From contig CBFFRQ010000054.1 in assembly GCA_965644315.1 (NCBI GenBank), forward strand, positions 248,001 through 312,000: a stretch of 64,000 nucleotides of DNA. The letters are read 5' to 3'. Below, piece by piece: positions 9,462-20,295 of the stretch (positions are counted from its first letter, which is position 1; every line of letters starts with the position of its first letter). The position numbers and the translations under genes are program-made. The notes beneath the pieces were generated by a model. The model had not been told where the DNA came from and did no database searches. It worked only from the letters and a program-made list of their open reading frames with translations. Source of the DNA: Caecitellus pseudoparvulus. Lineage: Eukaryota; Protista; Bigyra: Bicosoecida.

Positions 9462-11501
9462 GTGTCACTGGCTAACAGCCTGGCCTTCTTCAAACGCGCG
9501 TCCGTGTCGCTGGAGCCCGGCATCGCCCGAGCGGCGGCTGTGGACATGGCACACCTCTTCAGCCGTGGCAACCCGCCCACCGCGCCGGATGGGGAGGAGC
9601 TGCCCCCACCAGAGGAGGGCGTGGATGCGGTGGCGGAGCTGGGCCGGGTCCCCGTGGACCCCCTCCGTGCCGTGCAGTGGGCCCGGGCCGCAGGGGAGCT
9701 TGGCGCAGAGCAAGGCGCGGACCTCCTGCGGCAGTGTGAGGAGGCACTGGGGCCGGATCAGGCTGGCCTGTGGCGGCTGGCGCAGACAGCGACAGGGGGC
9801 GGGCAGACGGCACCTGACGCGGCATTCGAGCTGGGCGTCAAGTACTACTTTGGGCGGGGCGTGCCGAAGGACATGGCGGAGGCGGTGAAGTGGTTTCGTA
9901 TGGCGGGCAGTGCGGGGCATGTGCGGGCGTGTGGGCAGCTGGGGTTCATCTACGCGTCAGGCAAGCCTGGCGTGCCGGCGTCTGACGGCGAGGCGTGTGC
10001 GTGGATGGAGCAGGCGGCGGTGCTGGGCGACATGAACGCAGCGTACAACCTGGGCCACATGCTGTCCAACGGGCGTGGGCCGAACGGTGTGGATGGGCCT
10101 GGCGCGCTGAAGTGGTTGTCGAAGCCGGCGGCACGCGGTGACGCCAAGTCCATGAACGCCATCGGGCGCCTGTACCACGCCGGCATCGGCATGGAGCGGG
10201 ACTGGGTGCAGGCAGCCAAGCACTACGAGGCTGCAGTGGAGGCTGGCCACGACACCGCCGCGTGGAATTTGAAGATCATGTACGAGCACGGCGGGCACGG
10301 CCTGGAGGCGGACGAGGCGCTGGAGGGCAAGTGGGCCCACGTTGCGGCCAAGCGGGGGTACTCCTCTGCCATGACCTTCATGGGCGCTGCGTTTGAGAGT
10401 GGCACGCACTCCTTCCAGCGCAACGCCCGCGCCTCACGACACTGGTGGTTGAAGGGCGCAGAGGCGGGAGCATCCTACTGCATGATGCGCGCTGGTTTGA
10501 TCTATTCCATCGGGGACGGCGGTGTGTGGGACGGTGCTGCTGTGCGCAGGTGGTGGCTTGCATTGCAGGAATCTGGCTGCGATGACTCCATAGCCCTGAC
10601 ATACCCAGCCCTTGTTCACCTGCACGGGTATGGCGGCCCGAGGGACGACGCGCAGGGCTTTAGACTGATGTCGGAGGCGTATGAGCGGTACGGCTGCATC
10701 CAGTCGGGATCCTACGCCGCCGTGATGATGTCGGAAGGGCGGGGGACGGAGGCGGACTTTGACGGCGCAGTTGCCAAGGCAGCCGAAATCATGGACCGCG
10801 CGGCAGCCGATGAGCAGGACGAGCTGCTGGAACTGCACGTTTTGGTGGGCTTGGCATACTGGCGAGGTGCCGGCGGCAAGGCGGTGGACGAGGAAGCTGC
10901 CCTGGAGTGTTGGCGGCAAGCAGCTGCATATGGCCAGACTGGCGCCGTGCTGCTCATCGAAGAGGTCACGGCCACCCGTGACAGCAGCCCCTTTGACGCC
11001 AGCGCCATGCTGGAGGCAGGGGAGGATGCCAATGCCGAGACGCTGTTCCGGCTGGGCCTCAGTCACATCCTCGGCACAGACGAGGGTGTGGAAGCGAGCT
11101 GGCCCGCGGCGTTCCAGTGCATGGTCCGGGCAGCTGACCTGGGCCACCCCCTTGCAGCCTGTGCCGAGTGCTGGATGCGTGAGGAGCTGCACGGGGGCGC
11201 CGTGGACGCTGCCGAGCGGGAAGCAGACCTCATTCGCTCAGCTTCCGAAGCTGGCGTTCCCCTCGGGCACCTGCACTACGCACGCCTGCTGGGAGCTGGG
11301 TGTGGCCAGCAGGAGCCAGACCTGGCACAGGCCATGCGACTCCTGGCACTGGCGAGCGAAGGAGGGTTGGAGGAGGCAGCCGTGCACAAGGCGCACGACA
11401 TGGTGGCGTTTTCGTACGGCCGCGAAAGCGACTTGGAGGCGTTGCCAGAGGCCATGCGCCAGGCAGTGCTGAAGCTGCTGGCAAAGAGCACCGATGAGTA
11501 G
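9462..11501 (+). CDS. 5'-truncated SEL1-repeat gene copy (open frame; first ATG 9546; gene or pseudogene)
   Basis: About 30 substitutions over ~2 kb versus 2799-4838 (manual count). No stops. Lacks roughly the first 173 codons and the native upstream region. Confidence 0.75.
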   Translation: MSLANSLAFFKRASVSLEPGIARAAAVDMAHLFSRGNPPTAPDGEELPPPEEGVDAVAELGRVPVDPLRAVQWARAAGELGAEQGADLLRQCEEALGPDQAGLWRLAQTATGGGQTAPDAAFELGVKYYFGRGVPKDMAEAVKWFRMAGSAGHVRACGQLGFIYASGKPGVPASDGEACAWMEQAAVLGDMNAAYNLGHMLSNGRGPNGVDGPGALKWLSKPAARGDAKSMNAIGRLYHAGIGMERDWVQAAKHYEAAVEAGHDTAAWNLKIMYEHGGHGLEADEALEGKWAHVAAKRGYSSAMTFMGAAFESGTHSFQRNARASRHWWLKGAEAGASYCMMRAGLIYSIGDGGVWDGAAVRRWWLALQESGCDDSIALTYPALVHLHGYGGPRDDAQGFRLMSEAYERYGCIQSGSYAAVMMSEGRGTEADFDGAVAKAAEIMDRAAADEQDELLELHVLVGLAYWRGAGGKAVDEEAALECWRQAAAYGQTGAVLLIEEVTATRDSSPFDASAMLEAGEDANAETLFRLGLSHILGTDEGVEASWPAAFQCMVRAADLGHPLAACAECWMREELHGGAVDAAEREADLIRSASEAGVPLGHLHYARLLGAGCGQQEPDLAQAMRLLALASEGGLEEAAVHKAHDMVAFSYGRESDLEALPEAMRQAVLKLLAKSTDE

Positions 11502-12124
11502 CAAAGGCACCGTGTGCCCCCCCGCATACCCACACAAAGTGGAAGGTGGGGGGGTCATTGCAGGTGGCAAGAATGCAACCTCCGCTACAGAAGTTGGTGT
11601 TCATGCAGGCAGCCAAGCCAGGGGGCGGGCAAGTTTGCTTGGCTGGATGGGGGTGACGGGGGGGGGGGCGTTGGAAAGGGGTGTGGAGTCGTCCGCTAGC
11701 GTCGGAAGGCGGCAGAGCTTGAGGTCTGTACCTCGTCGGGTTCCATGTGAGGGGGGGTCGCCGCGCGGGGTAGGGTGTTGGCCTCCCGAGCAGCTTGGGA
11801 CGCCATAGTGTGCGGCGAAACGTTGATATCGCAGATGAAGGTGCTGGTGAGGTGGGGATGCCAGGGTGAGGTCAGTCCAGCACGCCTCGGGAGCACAGTG
11901 CTTGAGCAAGTCTGCATGGATGGGCGTGAGCGAGCCAGGCAGCAGTAATCCGCAGGCAGGTGGGACACTGTCACGACTGTGTCAAAACTATCGTCCACGA
12001 CTTCTTCCTGCATTGGACAGTGAGAAACATCCACACTTGAGATTCCTTTTTTGAGCCGCTTGTGTAGCTGTGCAGGTGAGGTGTTTGGCGGCAGCACTTG
12101 CGCCATCTGCAACCCCACCACGCC

Positions 12125-15100
12125 ATGGCTGATGGCAGGGGCAGTCAGTCGGTGGAGGGGCGATGGAAGGCTGCATGTGATGGCGAGCAGGTAGATGTAT
12201 TGCTGAGCATGCTTGAGAAGTGCGGTGGTGGTGCGGGTGCGGGTCTGGGAGGCTTGTCAAGCGAGGACATATCAGCTGGCTTTTTGGTTGCGTGCAAGAA
12301 AGGACACGTTGCGCTGCTGCGTGGGCTGCTGGCGTTGGATGGGGGTCTTGCTGTGGACGTGCACGCGGAAGACCAGCACGGGGCCGAGGCTGGCTTCCGG
12401 CTTGCTTGCATGACTGGTAACATTGACGTGGTGCGTGAGCTGCTGGCCTTGACCGGGCATCGTGAGGTGAATGTGCATGCTGGTCCAGAGGGCCGGCCTG
12501 AGGCTGGCTTCCGACTTGCCTGTGAGAATGGGCACATTGATGTGGTGCGTGAGCTGCTGGCGCTGAGCGGACACCGCGAGGTGGATGTGCATGCTGGGTC
12601 TGAGGGCAGGCCTGAGTTCGGCTTCGCGCTTGCCTGTCAGAATGGGCATGTTGATGTGGTGCGGGAGCTGCTATCGCTGAGCGGACACCGCGAGGTGGAT
12701 GTGCATGCTAGACCTGAGAGTAGGCCTGAGGCTGGCTTCGGGCTTGCCTGTCAGGAAGGGCACATTAACGTGGTGCGTGAGCTTCTGGCGCTGAGCGGAC
12801 ACCGCGAGGTGGACGTGCATGCTGCTTTCAGGGGTGATCCTGAGTTCGGCTTTCGAGTTGCCTGTGAGTTCGGGCACATTGACGTGGTGCGGGAGCTGCT
12901 GGCATTGAGCGGGCACCGCGAGGTGGACGTACACGCTGGGAATGAGGATGGGCTTGAGGCTGGCTTCCTGGTTGCCTGTCAGGAAGGGCACATTGATGTA
13001 GTGCGTGAGCTGCTGGCATTGAGCGGGCACCGCGAGGTGGACGTACATGCTGCTTTCAGGGGTGATCCTGAGTTCGGCTTTCGAGCTGCCTGTCACGAAG
13101 GGCACATTGACGTGGTGCGGGAGCTGCTGGCTTTGACTGGGCACCGCGAGGTAGATGTGCATGCTGCTTTCAGGGGTGGTCCTGAGGCTGGCTTCCTGGT
13201 TGCCTGTCAGGAAGGGCACATTGACGTGGTGCGGGAGCTGCTGGCATTGAGCGGGCATCGAGAGGTGGACGTACACGCTGGGAATGAGGATGGGCTTGAG
13301 TATGGCTTTCGAGCTGCCTGTCGTTTCGGGCACATTGATGTAGTGCGTGAGCTGCTGGCATTGAGCGGGCACCGCGAGGTGGACGTACATGCTGGGGATC
13401 AGGATGGGCCAGAGGCTGGCTTCCGAGTTGCCTGTCAGGAAGGGCACATTGACGTGGTGCGGGAGCTGCTGGCTTTGACTGGGCACCGCGAGGTAGATGT
13501 GCATGCTGCTTTCAGGGGTGGTCCTGAGGCTGGCTTCCTGGTTGCCTGTCATTTCGGGCACATTGACGTGGTGCGGGAGCTGCTGGCTTTGACTGGGCAC
13601 CGCGAGGTGGACGTACACGCTGGGAATGAGGATGGGCTTGAGTATGGCTTTCGAGCTGCCTGTCAGGAAGGGCACATTGATGTAGTGCGTGAGCTGCTGG
13701 CATTGAGCGGGCATCGTGAGGTTGAGGTGCAAGCTGGGAATCAGGATGGGCCAGAGGCTGGCTTCCGAGTTGCCTGTCAGGAAGGGCACATTGACGTGGT
13801 GCGGGAGCTGCTGGCTTTGACTGGGCACCGCGAGGTAGATGTGCATGCTGCTTTCAGGGGTGGTCCTGAGGCTGGCTTCCTGGTTGCCTGTCATTTCGGG
13901 CACATTGACGTGGTGCGTGAGCTGCTGTCGCTGACGGGTGATCGCGAGGTGGACGTACACGCTGGGAATGAGGATGGGCTTGAGTATGGCTTTCGAGCTG
14001 CCTGTCAGGAAGGGCACATTGATGTAGTGCGTGAGCTGCTGGCATTGAGCGGGCATCGTGAGGTTGAGGTGCAAGCTGGGGATCAGGATGGGCCAGAGGC
14101 TGGCTTCCGAGTTGCCTGTCAGGAAGGGCACATTGACGTGGTGCGGGAGCTGCTGGCTTTGACTGGGCACCGCGAGGTAGATGTGCATGCTGCTTTCAGG
14201 GGTGGTCCTGAGGCTGGCTTCCTGGTTGCCTGTCATTTCGGGCACGTTGACGTGGTGCGTGAGCTGCTGTCGCTGACGGGTGATCGAGAGGTGGACGTAC
14301 ACGCTGGGAATGAGGATGGGCTTGAGTATGGCTTCCGAGCTGCCTGTCAGGAAGGGCACATTGACGTGGTGCGTGAGCTGCTGTCGCTGACGGGTGATCG
14401 CGAGGTGGAAGTGCATGTTGGGGACCAGTACGGGCCTGAGCAAGGTTTCCGAGTTGCCTGTGCGAATGGCCACGTGGATGTGGTGCGTGAGCTGCTGGCA
14501 CTAACGGGGCATCGTGAGGTGAATGTGCATGCTGGGGATGAGGATGGGCCAGAGGCTGGCTTCCGACTTGCCTGTCGTTTTGGGCACGTTGACGTGGTGC
14601 GTGAGCTGCTGGCTTTGACCGGGCATCGAGAGGTGGACGTGCATGCTGGGGATGAGGATGGGCCTGAGGCTGGCTTCCGAGTTGCCTGTCAGGAAGGGCA
14701 CATTGACGTGGTGCGTGAGCTGCTGGCATTGAGTGGGTGTCGTGAGGTGAATGTCCGTGCAGCTCTCAAGGGTGATCCAGAGAGTATCCTCCAACATGCA
14801 TGCCGGAAAGGGCACATTGACATGGTGCGTGAGCTGCTGGCGTTGACGGGTGACCGTGCTTTGGACGTGCATGCTCCGGACAATTTGGGGCCTGAGGGTG
14901 CCTTTCGAGCTGCCTGTCAGGAAGGGCACATTGACGTGGTGCGGGAGCTGTTGGCTTTGAGCGGACACCGCGAGGTGGACGTGCATGCTGGGGACCTGTA
15001 TGGGCTTGAACAAGGTTTCCGAGTTGCCTGTCAGGAAGGGCACATTGACGTGGTGCGTGAGCTGCTGGCTTTGACTGGGCATCGCGAAGTTGATGTGCAT

Positions 15101-15664
15101 GCTGCGTTCATGGGAGTTCCTGAGCAAGGCTTCCGGATTGCTTGTGTGAGAGGCCACGTGGATGTGGTGCGTGAGCTGCTGGCACTGACGGGGCATCGTG
15201 AGGTGAATGTACATGTGGGATTTGACGAGAGGCCTGAAGCCGGCTTTTGGGCCGCCTGCCAGAAAGGACACGTGGGTGTGCTGCAGGAGCTCCTGGCGTT
15301 GACCGGGCATCGTGAGGTGGACGTACATGTTGATGGGGAGTACGGCTTTCGAGCTGCCTGTGAGAATGGCCATATTGTTGTAGTGCGGGAGCTGCTGGCT
15401 TTGAGTGGTGCTCGTGAGGTGGACGTGCACGCTGCGTTGGACGGTGTTCCTGAGGCTGGCTTCTGGCTTGCCTGCAGGAACGGGCATGTGGAGGTGGTCC
15501 GTGAACTGCTGGGGCTCACAGGTCATCGAGCCATTCCCCTCTTGGTCAGAGTTGCCGCTGAAGAGGTGGCTGTGCAGCCTGCCAAGGATGCCGTTTGGAT
15601 CGGCACCAGCACTCGGCAGGGTCGCATGGCCATGCTGCTGCTGCGGAGCGCAAGGAGAGAGTAG
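12125..15664 (+). CDS. Capped 38-aa atypical ankyrin-repeat protein, ANK-B (28 repeats, 1179 aa)
   Basis: Homologous 87-aa N-cap. Repeats are ExGFxxACxxGHIDVVRELLAL[ST]GHREVDVHAxxxxxx, one of them 34 aa. C-cap DAVWIGTSTRQGRMAMLLLR. Confidence 0.9.
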   Translation: MADGRGSQSVEGRWKAACDGEQVDVLLSMLEKCGGGAGAGLGGLSSEDISAGFLVACKKGHVALLRGLLALDGGLAVDVHAEDQHGAEAGFRLACMTGNIDVVRELLALTGHREVNVHAGPEGRPEAGFRLACENGHIDVVRELLALSGHREVDVHAGSEGRPEFGFALACQNGHVDVVRELLSLSGHREVDVHARPESRPEAGFGLACQEGHINVVRELLALSGHREVDVHAAFRGDPEFGFRVACEFGHIDVVRELLALSGHREVDVHAGNEDGLEAGFLVACQEGHIDVVRELLALSGHREVDVHAAFRGDPEFGFRAACHEGHIDVVRELLALTGHREVDVHAAFRGGPEAGFLVACQEGHIDVVRELLALSGHREVDVHAGNEDGLEYGFRAACRFGHIDVVRELLALSGHREVDVHAGDQDGPEAGFRVACQEGHIDVVRELLALTGHREVDVHAAFRGGPEAGFLVACHFGHIDVVRELLALTGHREVDVHAGNEDGLEYGFRAACQEGHIDVVRELLALSGHREVEVQAGNQDGPEAGFRVACQEGHIDVVRELLALTGHREVDVHAAFRGGPEAGFLVACHFGHIDVVRELLSLTGDREVDVHAGNEDGLEYGFRAACQEGHIDVVRELLALSGHREVEVQAGDQDGPEAGFRVACQEGHIDVVRELLALTGHREVDVHAAFRGGPEAGFLVACHFGHVDVVRELLSLTGDREVDVHAGNEDGLEYGFRAACQEGHIDVVRELLSLTGDREVEVHVGDQYGPEQGFRVACANGHVDVVRELLALTGHREVNVHAGDEDGPEAGFRLACRFGHVDVVRELLALTGHREVDVHAGDEDGPEAGFRVACQEGHIDVVRELLALSGCREVNVRAALKGDPESILQHACRKGHIDMVRELLALTGDRALDVHAPDNLGPEGAFRAACQEGHIDVVRELLALSGHREVDVHAGDLYGLEQGFRVACQEGHIDVVRELLALTGHREVDVHAAFMGVPEQGFRIACVRGHVDVVRELLALTGHREVNVHVGFDERPEAGFWAACQKGHVGVLQELLALTGHREVDVHVDGEYGFRAACENGHIVVVRELLALSGAREVDVHAALDGVPEAGFWLACRNGHVEVVRELLGLTGHRAIPLLVRVAAEEVAVQPAKDAVWIGTSTRQGRMAMLLLRSARRE
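12386..15529 (+). repeat. Coding tandem array of 114-bp units (28 units, one of 102 bp)
   Basis: Unit starts at GAG 12386. A 342-bp super-period is also visible as recurring antisense ORFs at 12828/13170/13512/13854/14196. Confidence 0.95.
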
Positions 15665-16180
15665 GCATGGCCTCGGCCACAGACCGGCCCAGCATAGATG
15701 TCACTAGCAGGGAAGGATCCACGCACTGATAAGTGGCGGGGGAGAGGTGGGCTCTGCCCTGGACCATTCACACAGCCACAACCACGGTCAGGTTGGGGAT
15801 GACCAGCGTGTGTGAGCCAGGGAATGCATCTGAGTTGCGTATCGTCGGGAGCTGCCAGTTGAGTGCGAGCACGGGGATGCGCAACGTCTGCAACCACAGC
15901 GTGGCAGGTCCGTGGCGAGCTGGCGAGGCTGTGGAAGGTCATGCGGGTCTTGTGATCATCTGCACATCACCCATACGGCAGCGAGCAGACGACGGGCAAG
16001 TTTTCCGCTAGGGGCCACGCGTTTGCATTTTGCTCGGGGCAGTGGCATACATGGGGAGGTTCAGAGTCAAGGCAGCAGCAGCTCCCCTGCCCGCCCAAGC
16101 GGAGGCAAAAGAACTTGGCGAAAGACTTCCAGGGGACGCGGACAATGCATTGCGAGGGGATTCCGGGAAAGACTTGGGTC

Positions 16181-17750
16181 TCAGCGCTCAGACGTGGTGG
16201 GGGGCTCCTCGCCCTCGTCGCCGCCCTGCCGCCCCGACAGCAGGCGCACGTTGAGGAAGTCCCGTGTCTTGGCCACCTTCACCGCCCCTTCGCGCTGCTT
16301 GCGCTGGGCCAGGTCGTCTGCCAGCATGACCCGCAGGAGGTCACTCATGGTGACGACGCCGAGGACGGTGCGGCTGTCTCCAACGACGGCCAGGTGGCGC
16401 AAGCCCTTGCTGAGCATGTACTCGGCAGCCCGGGCCAGGGTCCAGGAGGGCCGCCCGCACTTGACGGGGGCGGACATGGCGTCTGTGATGGGGGTGGTGG
16501 TGGCGTCGGGTCCGGTGGCTGTGGCGCCGTCGCCCCCCGCGCCGCCCTCCCCTGCCACCAGGCGCCACAGGATGTCCCGGCTGGTGAGGATGCCCACTGG
16601 CTTGCTGCCCTCCACCACGAGCAAGGACATGATGCCGGCTTCGGCCATCTCGTTGGCGGCGTCGGCCACCGTGACGTCATCGCCCACGTCTGCGTTCAGG
16701 AGGAGCTTCTTTCCAGCTGCATGCTGCCACTCCAGCACGTCTTCCAGGTCCTTCGTGAAGGCGGCGTGTGGCTGTGGCAGGGACTCGTCTGGCGTTTCGG
16801 CAGTGGAGCCCTCCTCGCCGTCTACCACGTCCCCCTTGCCGGCGGACGCGCCTGCCTCCAAAGCAGCGACGCGAGCCGCGTCCTCTTCCTGCAAGACACG
16901 CAGGACGTGCTGCAGCAGTGTGCGGATGGAGACGACGGCTGAGATGGAGGCGGCAGGCAGGTCATCGCCGGGGGGCGCTTCAGATTCCGCAGCAGCGTCC
17001 CCTGCGCCGCCATGCAGCACGGGGAATGACTCCTGGCCTAGCACAGGCATGTGCCGCACTTTGTGTGTCAGCATCCACTCGATGGCACTGCGCAGGCAGG
17101 GAGCGGCGGGCTGAGTGAGCGAGCGCCAGCGGCAATGCAGCCGTGCCGACGCACTCCAACACTGGCGTGTCCACGCTGCAGGAAACGAGCTTGGGGGTCA
17201 TGATGGATGAGGCGACGATGTCGGAGGGACAGAAGGCGCCGTGGTCCAGGTTCATGATGTAGTCCTTTTCCGACAGCAGGCCCTTCACCTTGTCCTCTGT
17301 GACGCACGAGCGTGGCCAGGAGGGAGTGTGGTCTGGTAATACCCTGTTGAGCTCAACGCCAGGGCCAGCGCATCCGACCCCTGTGCAGGCCACCTGCCGC
17401 CAGGCTCACGCACCAGCCGTCACAAGGATGCTCCCCACTTGTCCACTCTTCATCATGCGGATGGCTTCAGGCACAGGCGTCTGGGTCGGGTAGCAGCGCC
17501 GCGGATTGCGGTCGGCATGCGGAATTGGGACAACACGCATCACTCACGTCCACGAGGCAGCTGTGCACCGTCTTTGCCCGGCTGGCCTGCTCATCCTGCA
17601 GCACATCTCGCAAAGTACTGTCAGACACTGGCACCTGCGGCGAAGGCAGGTCTCATGGTGCTTCGCGGTGCACTGTCGAGGGGTAGAGCAGAGCACCTGC
17701 ACATACCTGAGCAGCGCGTGAAGCGTGCAGGCATCGCAGCAGAGTCAGGC
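16181..17750 (-). CDS. CBS-domain protein (two CBS pairs), multi-exon; start uncertain
   Basis: AIRMMKSGQVGSILV; KVKGLLSEKDY...IMTPKLVSCSVDTPVL; intron 17088-17154 joins VLD-AIEWM; TVADAANEMAEAGIMSLLVV...VGILTSRDIL; GLRHLAVV...LGVVTMSDLL. Confidence 0.8.
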
Positions 17751-18402
17751 CTGTAAAGCACAGGGATAGTGAATGTAGATGCGCCTGCATGTGCCAATGG
17801 CACGCTTGTACTACGCACGCAGCTGGCGAGAGCTTGCCGGCACCAGGCTGGACGAATGCGAAGGGTTGGCCGCCGTCAGAAACCTGCGCTTAGACAGAGG
17901 GCGGGAGCGGGCAGTGCAAAGCCTGCTAAACATCAGAGGAACAGGCCACCTTTGTGGTGTTCAGCGTCGCTGCACGCACCGGCTCCACATGCTGGCGCCT
18001 GGATGAGAGCCTGGTGTGCTGCGAAGGCGAACGGCGGGGTGGCTTCGACGCCTTGGCAAGCTTTGCAACGGTTGGCGGTGTCTGGAAGGGCCGTGGGCAG
18101 TGTGGGACGTTCGCTGCCGGAGTTGGTTGACGAGAGTGGATTGACCCGCACTTCAGTCATCCCTGAGCAGCCCGTGCTCGAGCGCAAAGGAGCGCAAGGG
18201 GGTGTGGAGTTAGCCTCAGGGGTGTCAATGGGGGGGTCGATCTTTACCCACCATTTCCCCATCCCACACAACTTTCTCTCTTCTCACGTATCTTTGTGCC
18301 TTTGCCAGCTGTGTAGCATTCCTGCCTACATAGGTTTCATTCGCGTCCTCATCGCGCGTGTGAAGCCCATTTTCGCTCCCGTCACCCAACCCAGTACCAA
18401 CA

Positions 18403-20228
<1,826 letters not shown>

Positions 20229-20295
20229 ACTCGCTCCCCTGCCGCTCCTGCAGTGAATGAATGCATTCCGGCTGCGACAGGTTGTCATTTCATGC

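Larger units (their letters stand above)
9453..17753 (+). repeat. Tandem segmental duplication, copy 2
   Basis: See copy 1. Bounded by GCCTG at 9453-9457 and 17749-17753. Confidence 0.9.

Noticed and set aside
5723-15529. 114-bp arrays as CRISPR or non-coding satellite
   Set aside because: No unique spacers and no cas genes. The units are multiples of 3 and translate as ankyrin-like repeats in one long ORF.
2790-17753. Duplication as a pure assembly artefact
   Set aside because: Considered less likely: the junction has microhomology, its own substitutions, an internal deletion and a frameshift. It cannot be excluded without reads.
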